From assembly GCF_041919775.1 (NCBI RefSeq), contig NZ_JAYRTE010000006.1:13862-77861 (forward strand): 64,000 nucleotides of DNA, in the 5' to 3' direction. The stretch's first letter is position 1, and the number at the start of each line of letters is the position of its first letter. A program made the translations under genes and the position numbers. Positions 8,704 to 18,901 of this stretch are shown here, one piece after another. The notes under the pieces were generated by a model. The model was not told the DNA's origin. It did not search any database and was given only the letters and a program-made list of their open reading frames with translations. This stretch comes from Arenimonas sp. (GTDB lineage: Bacteria; Pseudomonadota; Gammaproteobacteria; Xanthomonadales; Xanthomonadaceae).

Positions 8704-11700
8704 ATGCAAGCGGACTGGAAACAACGCGCCAGCGAAGGAATCACGGTGTTCCGGGCCAGCCGGCTCGAGGCGCTGCTGGTGCCGCTCGACCATTTGCTGG
8801 CCACCCAGCCGCCGGCGGCGCTGCTGGCGCCGCAGACCGTGGTCGCGGCCCACCCGGGCATGCGCCAGTGGCTGGCCGGGGCGCTGGCGGAAAAACGCGG
8901 CGTGCACGGCATCGTCGCCAACCTCGACATCCTGCTGCCCAGCGGTTTCCTCGACCGCCTGGCCGGCGAGGTCCTGGGCGAAGGGGCGACGTCCCCGGCC
9001 GCGTGGCGCCGCGAACACCTGCGCTGGCGCATCTTCGCCCTGCTTGAAACCAGAACCGATCCCACCCTGCGTGCCGCGCTCGACGGCGCCGACGCCGAAC
9101 GCCGGCGCTTCCAGCTGGCCGACCGCCTGGCGCGCATCTACACCCAGTACATGGCCTACCGGCCCCGCTGGCTGGCCGAGTGGGCGCGCGGCCGCGCGGG
9201 CTTCGACGGCGCCGGCTTCCACCCGGCGCTGTGGCAGGCGCTGCAAACCGCCATCGGCCAGACCCACCGCGGCGGCCAGCTGGCCCTGCTCGAACGCAGG
9301 CTGCGCGATGAAGGCGTGCGCGTGGCCGCCACCGATCCCCTGCATGTGTTCGGCCTGGCCCACCTGGCGCCGGCGGAACTGCGTGTGCTGCACGCGCTGG
9401 CCGTGCACCGGCCGGTGGTGCTGTACGTGCCCGACCCCTGCCGCGAATACTGGGGCGGCCTGCGCAGCGAAGCCGCGCAGTTGCGCGAACTCGCCGCCGA
9501 TCCCTTTTCGCGCGACGCCGAAGCCACCTTCCTCGACCAGCACCACCCGCTGCTCGCCGCCTGGGGTCGCCTCGGCCAGCACTTCATGCTGCAGGTGCAG
9601 TCGCTGGACGCGTCGCTGGACATGCGCCACTACCGCGACGAAGCCGACCACGACCGCCCGCCCGGCCCGCTGCTCGAGCGCCTGCAGGAAAGCCTGCGCC
9701 GACTCGCACCCTCGCTGCTGTCGGAAGATCCGCGCCCGTTGCCTGCGCGTCGCGCCGATGCCTCGCTGCGCGTGCACGCCTGCCACACCCGCCTGCGCGA
9801 ACTCGAAGCCCTGCGCGATGCGCTGCTGCAGGCGCGCCGCGACGACCCCGGCATCGCGCCTTCCGACATCGTCGTGATGGCGCCCGACATCCGCGCCTAC
9901 CTGCCGCTGCTGCCGGCGGTGTTCGGCGCACCGGGCGATGCCAGCGCGCCCTTGCCCTACCACCTGGCCGACGTGCCGGTGGCCAGCACGGTGCCGCTGT
10001 TCGCCGCCTTCCGCCAGCTGCTGGCACTGCCCGGCTCGCGCGAAACCGCGCCGGCGCTGCTCGATTTCCTGGCCCAGCCCGACGTCGCCCGCCGGCTGGG
10101 GCTGGACGCCGACGCGCTGGCCCTGCTCGAACGCGCGCTGGCCGAAGCCCGCGCCGCCTGGGGCCTGGACCCGGCCGCGCGCGCCGCACTCGGCGTGCCG
10201 TCCATCGAGGAACACACCCTCGCCTGGGCGATGGACCGCCTGCTGGCGAGCCTGGTGCATGGCAACGAAGAGGCCGACGACCTGATGTCGGTCGCCGGCC
10301 AGCGGCTGGCGCCGGTCACCGGCGTCGCCGGCGCGGCCCTGGCCCTGGGCGCGCTCGACCAGCTGCTGCAGTGGCTGGCGGTACTGCGCGAGGACGCAGC
10401 CCGCCCACGCGCCGCCAGCGCCTGGACGACGCGGCTGGAATCGGCGCTTGAACAGCTCTTCCAGGCCGACCCCGGCGACCCCGACGCGCAGGACGCGATG
10501 GACGCGCTGCGCGCTGTCGTGCGTGGCCTCGCTGCCGAACCCGCCGAGGCCGGCCTGGACCCGCTGCTGGCCTGGCCGGTGGTGCGCGCCTGGCTGGAAG
10601 AACGCCTCGCTGCCGTGCCGGGCCGGCAGCGTTTCCTCGCCGGGGGCATGACCGTCTGCGGCATGGTTCCGCAGCGCGCCATCCCCTTCCGCGTGGTCGC
10701 GGTGCTGGGTCTGAACGAAGGCGAGTACCCGCGCCAGGACCGCGACGCCGGCCTCGACCCGATCCACCGCCATGGCCTGCGCGAACTGGGCGACCGCGAC
10801 ACCCGCAGCGACGACCGCTACCTGTTCCTGGAAACGGTGATGTCGGCGCGCGACCGCCTGCACCTGAGCTGGGTTGGTTTTGATGCGCGCGACGGCAAGC
10901 CGCGCAATCCCGCGGCGCCGCTGGCCGAACTGATGGCGGCGCTGCCCTCCGGCGCCGGGGAGGCGCCCCCGTGGCGCGTGGACCACGCATTGCAGCCATT
11001 CGACGGCGCGTATTTCGGCGACGACCCGGCCCGCCGCAGCTTCTCCCCGGATTTCGCCGGCATGGTCGGCGGCGAGCGTGACGCCCCGGCGCTGCTGTCG
11101 CCGCGGCCCTCGCCGGCCAGCGAAGAACCCGCCGACGTGGAGGTTTCCCGCGTGCTGGCCTGGTGCCGCGACCCGGCGAAACTTGTCCTGGCCGACGGTC
11201 TGCGCGCGCGCCTCGACGCGCTGGGAGAACGCCGCCTGGCCAGCGACGAACCGCTGGAAGCGCGCCTGGGCGTCTTCGACCGGCAGGCCCGCACGCTATG
11301 CGAAAAAGCGCTGGCCGAACTCGGCGTGTCGCTTCCCGAATTGCCGCCCGAAGCCCTGGTGCTCGGCGGCGTGCTGCCGCCCGGTGCACTGGGCGCGCAG
11401 GCCTGGGCCCGCGAACGCGACACCGCTGAAGCGCTCGTGGCCGCGGCGCGCGCCCGCATCGAACTGGCCAGCCTGCTTGAACCCAAGCTGGCGCCCGAAA
11501 CCGTTCCCGCCATCGCCCGCCAGGTCGGACGCTTCAGCCTCACCGGCGAAATCGACCGCGTGCGCGAGCGCGACGGCGTGCTGTTCGTCTGCGACACCTT
11601 CGCCCACAAGGAGTCCGAGGCGACGCTGGGCTTCCGCGAGCGCCTGCCGCTGTTCATCCGCTGGGCGCTGTGCCGGCTGGCGCCGGAAAACGCAAAACGC

Positions 11701-12099
11701 CGCGTGCGCATCGCCGCCCTGGTGGCCAGGGCCGGCAAGATGCCCTGGCAGGCGGCCATCGCCGACTGGGATGAAAAATTCCTGCAGGCCGGCGCGGAGG
11801 AGCGCGAAGAACTACGCGCACAGCTCGAGATGCGTCTCGCCTTCGTGATCGATGCCGCCACGCGCCCGGCCACCGACCCCTGGCCCTACTTCCCGCGCAC
11901 CAGCTGGGCCCTGGCCAACGGCAAGGACGACGCCGGCGACGACTGGCGCCGCGAGCTCGACTACGCGCCGGGTTATGCGCGATTGCTCGGCCGCGGCCTG
12001 TCGCCCGACGAAAACGACGACTGGCACCTGGCCCTGGCCGATGCCGCGACGGCGCTGCTCAATGCCATCAACCCGGGCGATCCGGAGGCAGCGGCATGA
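8704..12099 (+). CDS. recC: exodeoxyribonuclease V gamma subunit
   Basis: VFRASRLEALL N-terminus like E. coli RecC (VYHSNRLDVL); about 1130 aa; directly precedes recB and recD. Confidence 0.9.
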   Translation: MQADWKQRASEGITVFRASRLEALLVPLDHLLATQPPAALLAPQTVVAAHPGMRQWLAGALAEKRGVHGIVANLDILLPSGFLDRLAGEVLGEGATSPAAWRREHLRWRIFALLETRTDPTLRAALDGADAERRRFQLADRLARIYTQYMAYRPRWLAEWARGRAGFDGAGFHPALWQALQTAIGQTHRGGQLALLERRLRDEGVRVAATDPLHVFGLAHLAPAELRVLHALAVHRPVVLYVPDPCREYWGGLRSEAAQLRELAADPFSRDAEATFLDQHHPLLAAWGRLGQHFMLQVQSLDASLDMRHYRDEADHDRPPGPLLERLQESLRRLAPSLLSEDPRPLPARRADASLRVHACHTRLRELEALRDALLQARRDDPGIAPSDIVVMAPDIRAYLPLLPAVFGAPGDASAPLPYHLADVPVASTVPLFAAFRQLLALPGSRETAPALLDFLAQPDVARRLGLDADALALLERALAEARAAWGLDPAARAALGVPSIEEHTLAWAMDRLLASLVHGNEEADDLMSVAGQRLAPVTGVAGAALALGALDQLLQWLAVLREDAARPRAASAWTTRLESALEQLFQADPGDPDAQDAMDALRAVVRGLAAEPAEAGLDPLLAWPVVRAWLEERLAAVPGRQRFLAGGMTVCGMVPQRAIPFRVVAVLGLNEGEYPRQDRDAGLDPIHRHGLRELGDRDTRSDDRYLFLETVMSARDRLHLSWVGFDARDGKPRNPAAPLAELMAALPSGAGEAPPWRVDHALQPFDGAYFGDDPARRSFSPDFAGMVGGERDAPALLSPRPSPASEEPADVEVSRVLAWCRDPAKLVLADGLRARLDALGERRLASDEPLEARLGVFDRQARTLCEKALAELGVSLPELPPEALVLGGVLPPGALGAQAWARERDTAEALVAAARARIELASLLEPKLAPETVPAIARQVGRFSLTGEIDRVRERDGVLFVCDTFAHKESEATLGFRERLPLFIRWALCRLAPENAKRRVRIAALVARAGKMPWQAAIADWDEKFLQAGAEEREELRAQLEMRLAFVIDAATRPATDPWPYFPRTSWALANGKDDAGDDWRRELDYAPGYARLLGRGLSPDENDDWHLALADAATALLNAINPGDPEAAA

Positions 12100-15000
12100 A
12101 CACGCCGGTCACCGTCGCGCACTGGCGCGAACTGCCGCTCGGCCCGGGTGGCCGCGCCCTCGTCGAAGCCAGCGCCGGCACCGGCAAGACCTGGACGATC
12201 GGCGTGCTGTGGTGGCGTCTGCTGCTGGAACCCACGCAGGCGCCGGGCGTCGAGCGCATCGTCGTCACCACCTTCACCGAAGCCGCGGCCCAGGAGCTGC
12301 GCGAACGCCTGCGCGCGCGCCTGCGGCAGGCGCTGGAGCTGGCCGACACGCGGCCCGCCATCGACGCGGAAACGCCCGGCGATACGGCCTGGCTGCTCGC
12401 TCGCTGGCAGGAAGAAGACGTTTTCATCGAGGACCGCCGCCGCCTGCGCCTGGCGCTCGCGGATTTCGACCGCGCGCCCATCGGCACCCTGCACGGCCTG
12501 TGCCGCGGCATCCTGGCCGAACACCCGCTCGAAGGCGGGCAGGGCATCGAGGTGGCCGAGGCCGCCTCCGGCCAGGCCCTGCTGGAAGAACTCGCGCACG
12601 ACGCCTGGCGCGTGCTGCGGCAGTCGGATACGGACGGCCTGGCCGACGCCGGCGTCGGCGAACTGAGCCTGTCCAGGTTCACCCGCACGCTGGCCACGCT
12701 GCTGCGCCCGGGCGTGCGGCTGCCGTCCGGGGAAACCTTCGACGAGGCGCGGGCCGAGCTGGCGCCGGTTCTCGCCGCGCCCCTGCGCGCCATCGCCGAC
12801 GAGGTGTCGTGGTTCACGCGCAAGAACGCGAAGCTGCTGGCCTGCCTGTCCGAAATGGCCGACTGGCTCGCCGGCGCCGACTGGCCCAAGGCCGACGAGC
12901 GCCTGGGCACCCTGGCGGAGTTCGAACTCGACGGCCAGGTGCGCCCCGAGCGCCAGTCCGACTTCATGATGCTGTCCGCCATCTCGCGCCTGCTCGACGA
13001 AGTGCCGCGCCTGGTGATGGCCCGCCACGGCCACGTCGCCCGCTTCTGGAGCGAACAGGTGACGCGCGTGTCGGCCTGGCGCGACCAGCGCCTCGCCGCC
13101 CGCGGCCAGCTCACCTTCGACGAAATGATCCGCCAGGCGCACACGGCGGTCAGCACCCGGCCGGCGCTGGCGGACGCGCTGTTCGAAGACTGGCCGTATG
13201 CGCTTGTGGATGAATTCCAGGACACCGACGACCAGCAGTACGGCATCCTCGACCGCATCTATCGCGATGCCGACGGCCAGCCGCGCGGCCGCCTGGTGAT
13301 GATCGGCGACCCCAAGCAGGCGATCTACGGTTTCCGCGGCGGCGACGTGCAGGCCTACCTGCGCGCGCGCGCCCACGCCGGCCATCGGCTGGCGCTCGAC
13401 ACCAACCACCGTTCGGCGCCGAATTACGTGGCGGCGGTCAATGGATTCTTCGCCGACGATGCCGCCGGCCCGGCGCTCGACGCCCGCGGCGAAGGCGCGA
13501 TCCGCTACGAACGCGTGCTGGCCAGCGACCGCCAGGCCGACACGCCCTACCGCATCGGTGGCCAGCCGGTGCAGGCGCCGCTGGTGATGCACTACCTGGG
13601 CCAGCCGCCGGCCTCGCAGCCCGAGCGCAAGCAGGCGGCGATCGAGGCCTGCGCCGACCACATCGCGGCGCTGCTGGCGGATCCGTCCCACACCATCGGC
13701 CGCAAACACGGCGACATGGTCGTGCACGAACGCCTGCGCCCCGGCGACCTGGCCGTGCTGCTGCCCACCAACCCCGACATCACCCGCCTGCGCGAAGCGC
13801 TGGGCCGCCGCGGCGTGCCCTGCGTCGGCGGCAGCCGCGCCAGCGTCTTCGATTCCGAATGGGCCTTTGAACTGCAGGTGCTGCTGCAGGCGCTGGTGCA
13901 CGCCGGGGATGAGACCGCGGTGCGCGCGGCCATGCTGACGCGGCTCTGGGGCGGCTGCCTGCAGGACGTCGCCGCGCTGGACGACTCCCCCGCCGCCTGG
14001 GAAGCCGCCAGCGACCGGCTGCAGTCACTGCGGCTGCTGTGGCGGGAGCGAGGCGTGCTGGCCACCGTGCTCGGGCTGGCCGCAAGCGCCGCGCCGCGCC
14101 TGCTGGCGCATGCCGGCGGCGAACGCGACCTCACCGACCTGCGGCACCTGGGCGAACTGCTGCAGCAGCAGGCCGACCAGGGGCTGGGCCCGCATGCGTT
14201 GCTCGACTGGCTCGGCGAACAGCGCCGGCACGACGACGGCGAGGCGCCGGACGGCGACCAGCGCCAGCTGCGCATCGAGTCCGACGCCGCCCGCGTGCAG
14301 CTGATGACGCTGCACCGCGCCAAGGGCCTCGAGTTCCCGGTGGTTTTCCTGCCGCTGATGTGGGCCCATGCCCTGAACGAGAACCAGGACAATCCGCCCT
14401 GGCTGCTGCCGGAGCCCGACACCCCGGGCCGCCTCGCGCGCTTCGACGCACCGGCCCGGCGGCAGGCCCGCCACGAAGCCCAGGACGAACGTTTCCGCGT
14501 GCTGTACGTGGCCCTGACGCGCGCCATCCACGCCTGCCACGTCTATGCGCTGCCGCCGTCGCGGCCGGCCACGGCGAAGAAGAACGCCTCGCCGAAGTCC
14601 GACCCGGAACGCGCGCCGCTGGACGCCCTGCTCGACCGCCTGGGCGTGGAAACCAGGCTGCCGGCGCTGCCGCACCTGCAGTGGCAGTCTGGCTGGCCGG
14701 GCCCCGGGCCCGCGCTCCCTTCCGGGGAAAAACAACCGGCCACCCGCGAAGCGCTGCCGATGCCAGCGCCCGCACGCCTGCGCCAGCGCCTGAGCTTCTC
14801 CACGCTGGTCCGGGGCGCACGCTTCGGTGGCGAGGAGGACAGCGCGGCCGCCGACGAGCGCGAGCCGACGCTGGCCGTCGTCGCGTCCGCGCCCGGGGAA
14901 TCGCCGCATCCGGTCCTGCAGGCCCTGTCGGCGCTGAAGGGCCGCGCCTTCGGCAATGCCGTGCACGCCAGCTTCGAGTACCGCGATACGAACAAGCCGA

Positions 15001-15659
15001 TGTCGGCGCAAACCGCCCTGGTCGCGAAACAGTTGGCGGACTTCGGCGTGCGTGCACGCGGCGAATCGCTCCCGGACCTGCTGCCGCGCCTTTGCGAGCG
15101 CCTCGACGCCGCGCTGGATGCCGAACTCCTGCCCGGCCTGCGCCTTGGCGAAGTGGCGGTCGCCGACCAGCGCGCGGAAATGGCTTTCCATTTCGCGCTC
15201 GACGGCGCACGCCTCGATGCGCTGCGGCAGGCCTGCCATGCGCACGGCGAACCCGCGCTCGTGCCGCCGCTGGGCTGGCGCGAACTGCGCGGCCTGATGA
15301 CCGGCAAGATCGATCTCGTCCTGCAGCACAAGGGCCGGGTGCACGTGCTCGACTACAAGGGCAACTGGCTGGGCGATCGCCTGGGCGACTACAGCGGCGC
15401 CGCGCTGGTGCAGGCGATGGACCACGACCACTACCGGCTGCAGGCGCTGATCTACACCGTGGCCGTGCATCGTTTCCTGAGGCAGCGCCATGCCGGCTAC
15501 GATCCCGGCCAGCACCTGGGCGAAACGATCTACCTGTTCGTGCGCGCCGCCGGCCTGGCGCCGGGCGCGGGCGTGTGGAGCCATGCCTTCCCGCCGGCGC
15601 TGCTCGAGGCCGTCGATCGGGCGCTGGCCGCCGCCAGTCCCGCGGAGGCCACCGCATGA
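12096..15659 (+). CDS. recB: exodeoxyribonuclease V beta subunit
   Basis: ASAGTGKT Walker A, VDEFQDTD and GDPKQAIYGFRGGD UvrD-type motifs. C-terminal nuclease motif GKIDLV...LDYK. ATGA overlap with recC. Confidence 0.95.
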   Translation: MNTPVTVAHWRELPLGPGGRALVEASAGTGKTWTIGVLWWRLLLEPTQAPGVERIVVTTFTEAAAQELRERLRARLRQALELADTRPAIDAETPGDTAWLLARWQEEDVFIEDRRRLRLALADFDRAPIGTLHGLCRGILAEHPLEGGQGIEVAEAASGQALLEELAHDAWRVLRQSDTDGLADAGVGELSLSRFTRTLATLLRPGVRLPSGETFDEARAELAPVLAAPLRAIADEVSWFTRKNAKLLACLSEMADWLAGADWPKADERLGTLAEFELDGQVRPERQSDFMMLSAISRLLDEVPRLVMARHGHVARFWSEQVTRVSAWRDQRLAARGQLTFDEMIRQAHTAVSTRPALADALFEDWPYALVDEFQDTDDQQYGILDRIYRDADGQPRGRLVMIGDPKQAIYGFRGGDVQAYLRARAHAGHRLALDTNHRSAPNYVAAVNGFFADDAAGPALDARGEGAIRYERVLASDRQADTPYRIGGQPVQAPLVMHYLGQPPASQPERKQAAIEACADHIAALLADPSHTIGRKHGDMVVHERLRPGDLAVLLPTNPDITRLREALGRRGVPCVGGSRASVFDSEWAFELQVLLQALVHAGDETAVRAAMLTRLWGGCLQDVAALDDSPAAWEAASDRLQSLRLLWRERGVLATVLGLAASAAPRLLAHAGGERDLTDLRHLGELLQQQADQGLGPHALLDWLGEQRRHDDGEAPDGDQRQLRIESDAARVQLMTLHRAKGLEFPVVFLPLMWAHALNENQDNPPWLLPEPDTPGRLARFDAPARRQARHEAQDERFRVLYVALTRAIHACHVYALPPSRPATAKKNASPKSDPERAPLDALLDRLGVETRLPALPHLQWQSGWPGPGPALPSGEKQPATREALPMPAPARLRQRLSFSTLVRGARFGGEEDSAAADEREPTLAVVASAPGESPHPVLQALSALKGRAFGNAVHASFEYRDTNKPMSAQTALVAKQLADFGVRARGESLPDLLPRLCERLDAALDAELLPGLRLGEVAVADQRAEMAFHFALDGARLDALRQACHAHGEPALVPPLGWRELRGLMTGKIDLVLQHKGRVHVLDYKGNWLGDRLGDYSGAALVQAMDHDHYRLQALIYTVAVHRFLRQRHAGYDPGQHLGETIYLFVRAAGLAPGAGVWSHAFPPALLEAVDRALAAASPAEATA

Positions 15660-17401
15660 GCCATCTCGACTACCGACCGCTGCCCCTGCCCGAGTTCGAC
15701 GGGCGCCCGGCCGAACGTGCGCTGGCCCGCGCCCTCACCCGCTGGGTGCTTGCCCACGGCGGCGGTCCGCGCCTGGCCGCACTGGCGGCGCAGGCCGCGG
15801 TCGCCGAACAGCGCGGCGACACCGCGCTGGCGCCGCTCGATGCCGAGGCGCGCGTCGAACTCGCCGGCGAAGCCCTGGTCGGCGACGGCAGCGAACGCAC
15901 GCCCTTCGTGCTCGACGCCGACGGCCGCTTCTACCTGTGGCGCAATTACCGCTTCGAAGGCGAGGTCGCCGCCGCGCTGCAGGTCCTGCACGCCGACGCC
16001 CGCCCGCTGCCGATGGCCGAAGACGAACTCGCCGAACTGTTCCCGGGCGGCGACCCGGCCACGGACGGCGCCCAGCGCGAGGCCGTGCGCGCGATCGGCG
16101 GCCGCCGCCTGCTGGTGCTCACCGGCGGCCCCGGCACCGGCAAGACCACGACGGTGCTGCGCATGCTGCTGCGCCTGCTTCGCGACGGCATCGCCGCACG
16201 CGACGGCATCGCGGTGGCCGCGCCCACCGGCAAGGCCGCGCAGCGCCTTGTGCAGTCGCTGCGCCAGGAAGCCGCGCGCCTGCGCGAGCAGCTTCCCGCG
16301 CACTGGGCCGACGCACTGGCCGCACTTCCCACCGACGAAGCGCGCACGGTGCACCGCCTGCTGGGCTGGTCGCCGGCGCGGCAGACGTATGCGCGCAATG
16401 CCGGCAGTCCCATCGATGCCGGCGTGGTCGTGGTGGACGAGGCCTCGATGCTGGACCTGGCCCAGCTGCGCGCGCTGCTGCATGCCCTGCGCCCGGGCGC
16501 TTGCCTGGTGCTGGTGGGCGACGCCGACCAGCTTGATTCGGTCGGCGCCGGTTCGGTGCTGATGGACCTGGTCGCCACGCTGGAGGCCACGGGCTCGCCG
16601 GCGCTGGCGCGGCTGCGCCACAGCTTCCGCGCCGTTGCGCCGCTGGTGCGCCTGAACGAAGCCGTGCGTGCCGGTGACGCCGCGGCGCTGGCCGATGCGC
16701 TGGCGGCCGCCGGCGGCGCCACCCGTCTGCATCCGCTCGAAGACGGGGGCGCCCTGGCGGCACGCCTGCGCGCCTGGGCCGATGTCCTGGCCGAACCGGG
16801 TCCGCCGCCGCCGCTGCCAGCGATGGAGGAAGCCGCCGCTGCCCGGGCCGCGCTGCAGGTGCTGCCGGCACGCCAGCTGCTGTGCGCGCTGCGCGAGGGC
16901 TCCTTCGGTGCCGATGCCGCCGCGGCTGCCATCGAGGCCCGCCTGCGCCAGCAATGGAACCTGCCGGGCGACGTCGAATGGTTTCCGGGCCGCATGGTGA
17001 TGGTCACCCGCAACGACTACGGCGCGCGACTGTTCAATGGCGACGTCGGGCTGTGCCTGGCCGGTGCCGACGGTCGCCTGCAGGTCTGGTTCGAGGCGCC
17101 GGAGGGCGGCGTCCGCGCGTTCGCTCCCGTTGCCGTGCCGTCGCCCGCCAGCGCCTTCGCCATCAGCATCCACAAGAGCCAGGGCAGCGAGTACGGCCAC
17201 GTCGCCGTGCTGCTGCCACCCGATCCCGAACACCGCATCCTGTCGCGGCAGTTGCTCTACACCGGCTTGTCGCGGGCGAAGCGGTCGGTGGAGGTATGGG
17301 GGCCGAAGGCCAGCCTCGATGCCGCGCTGGCGCGCGCGGTGCGGCGCGGCGGCGGGCTGGCGTCGCGGCTGGCGGTCGCGCTGCGCACGACAGGCGGCTG
17401 A
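15656..17401 (+). CDS. recD: exodeoxyribonuclease V alpha subunit
   Basis: GGPGTGKTT, AAPTGKAAQRL, VVDEASM, SIHKSQGSE, LLYTGLSRAK motifs. ATGA overlap with recB. Confidence 0.95.
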   Translation: MSHLDYRPLPLPEFDGRPAERALARALTRWVLAHGGGPRLAALAAQAAVAEQRGDTALAPLDAEARVELAGEALVGDGSERTPFVLDADGRFYLWRNYRFEGEVAAALQVLHADARPLPMAEDELAELFPGGDPATDGAQREAVRAIGGRRLLVLTGGPGTGKTTTVLRMLLRLLRDGIAARDGIAVAAPTGKAAQRLVQSLRQEAARLREQLPAHWADALAALPTDEARTVHRLLGWSPARQTYARNAGSPIDAGVVVVDEASMLDLAQLRALLHALRPGACLVLVGDADQLDSVGAGSVLMDLVATLEATGSPALARLRHSFRAVAPLVRLNEAVRAGDAAALADALAAAGGATRLHPLEDGGALAARLRAWADVLAEPGPPPPLPAMEEAAAARAALQVLPARQLLCALREGSFGADAAAAAIEARLRQQWNLPGDVEWFPGRMVMVTRNDYGARLFNGDVGLCLAGADGRLQVWFEAPEGGVRAFAPVAVPSPASAFAISIHKSQGSEYGHVAVLLPPDPEHRILSRQLLYTGLSRAKRSVEVWGPKASLDAALARAVRRGGGLASRLAVALRTTGG

Positions 17402-17601
17402 TCCGGCGAGGTCACCGCTGCGGCCCTCCATTGTTGCCGCGTGCGGGACGATACGTTTCCCGCCTTTCCCGCAAGCCTGCGCGTGGCAAGGCTTTCGTGC
17501 GAATGCGCGCACGCCGCCTTCACGATGTCGGGCTTCGCATCACCCACCCTTGATGCCGCTTTGTCGAAGGTCGCGGCCTTATTCAAACGGGGGCGTGCGA
17601 C

Positions 17602-18864
17602 ATGCAGGGTACTTACGATCCGATGCTGGTGGTCCTGTCCATCCTCATCGCCGCGCTGGCGAGCTACGTGGCGATCGAATTCGCCGGCCGCATCTTCGAG
17701 CGCCGCGAGCAGCGGGGCCGCTGGCTGGCCGCCGGCGCCATCGCGATGGGCAGCGGCATCTGGGCGATGCACTTCGTTGGCATGGCGGCGTTCACGCTGC
17801 CGATCCCGGTCAGCTACGACCTCGGCATCACGGTGTTTTCCTGGCTGGCGGCGGTCGCAGTATCCGCTCTGGCCCTGCACCTGGTCAGCCGCGGGCCGCT
17901 GTCGGTTCTGTCGGTGGGGCTGGGCGCGGTGGCGATGGGCGCGGGCATTTGCGCCATGCACTACGCCGGCATGGGGGCCATGCGCATGGACCCGGGCCTG
18001 GGCTACGACCTGCCCTGGCTGGTGGCGTCCGTGCTGATCGCAGTGGGTGCTTCGGCGGCGGCGCTGGTGATCGTGGCGAAGCTCCGCAGCGTGCGGGCCT
18101 GGCGCGACGTCGGCCTGCGCACCGGCGCGGCGGCGGTGATGGGCCTGGCCGTGGCCGGCATGCACTACAGCGGCATGGCCGCGGTGCAGTTCGACCCGAA
18201 CGCCTTCTGCGCGCCCGGCAACCTGCTCGCCGCCAGCACGCTCACCACGCCGACCGTGCTGGCCAGCCTGCTCGGCCTGGGCTTCGCGCTCTTCTTCACG
18301 ATCTCCGATGCCCCCGCGGTCCTGGCCGCCAGGCGTGCGGCCCGCGCCGAGGCCGAGCGACTCAATGAGCTGGCTTTCGTGGACCGCGAAACCGGCCTGG
18401 TCAATCGCGCGCGTTTCGGCCAGCAGCTCGTCGATGCCATGCGTCGCCACCGGCGCGTCTGCGTGGTCAGCGTGCGCGTGCTCGATGCGGATGGCGAGGA
18501 GAACCGCGGCCAGGTGGCCGCAGCCGCGGCCGCGCTGGCCCCGCTGCAGGGCATGGGCTACGCGCTGGGCCGGACCTCGCCGGGCCAGCTGATGGTCATG
18601 GCCGAGGGCGTGTCCCGCCAGGGCCTGGAAACCACGCTGCTTCCGGGCTGGCGCCGGATGGGCGACGTCCTGGCCGGGCAGGGCGTTCACCTTGCCTTTG
18701 GCGTGGCCGAAGGCCCGCAGGACGGCGACAACGCGCTGGCCCTGATGCTCAAGGCGGCGTCGCGCAGCACCGACGACGGCACGACGGCCGCGCCGGCACC
18801 GCGCCTGGGCGCGCTTTCGCCTTTCCAGGCAGCGACCGCGCAGGCCCGCGACAGCGCCGCCTGA
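17602..18864 (+). CDS. MHYT-domain membrane sensor with degenerate GGDEF-like C-terminal domain
   Basis: Three MHYT-type motifs (MHFVGM, MHYAGM, MHYSGM) in TM helices. C-terminal DRETGLVNRARF resembles the GGDEF N-motif, but no GG(D/E)EF is present. Confidence 0.8.
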   Translation: MQGTYDPMLVVLSILIAALASYVAIEFAGRIFERREQRGRWLAAGAIAMGSGIWAMHFVGMAAFTLPIPVSYDLGITVFSWLAAVAVSALALHLVSRGPLSVLSVGLGAVAMGAGICAMHYAGMGAMRMDPGLGYDLPWLVASVLIAVGASAAALVIVAKLRSVRAWRDVGLRTGAAAVMGLAVAGMHYSGMAAVQFDPNAFCAPGNLLAASTLTTPTVLASLLGLGFALFFTISDAPAVLAARRAARAEAERLNELAFVDRETGLVNRARFGQQLVDAMRRHRRVCVVSVRVLDADGEENRGQVAAAAAALAPLQGMGYALGRTSPGQLMVMAEGVSRQGLETTLLPGWRRMGDVLAGQGVHLAFGVAEGPQDGDNALALMLKAASRSTDDGTTAAPAPRLGALSPFQAATAQARDSAA

Positions 18865-18901
18865 TCCCGGCGGGTGGCCAGGCTGGCGATACACTGCCGC
18901 C

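Noticed and set aside
8542-10986. 814-aa minus-strand ORF antisense to recC. Similar long antisense or out-of-frame ORFs include 24505..27876(-), 15530..17512(-), 19876..22125(-), 11973..13901(-), 32106..34229(-), 46282..48171(-) and 48334..50493(+).
   Set aside because: Their translations are Arg/Ala/Gly/Pro-rich low-complexity sequence with no motifs. They lie opposite genes with unmistakable family signatures. This is the typical stop-codon-poor antisense frame of high-GC DNA.
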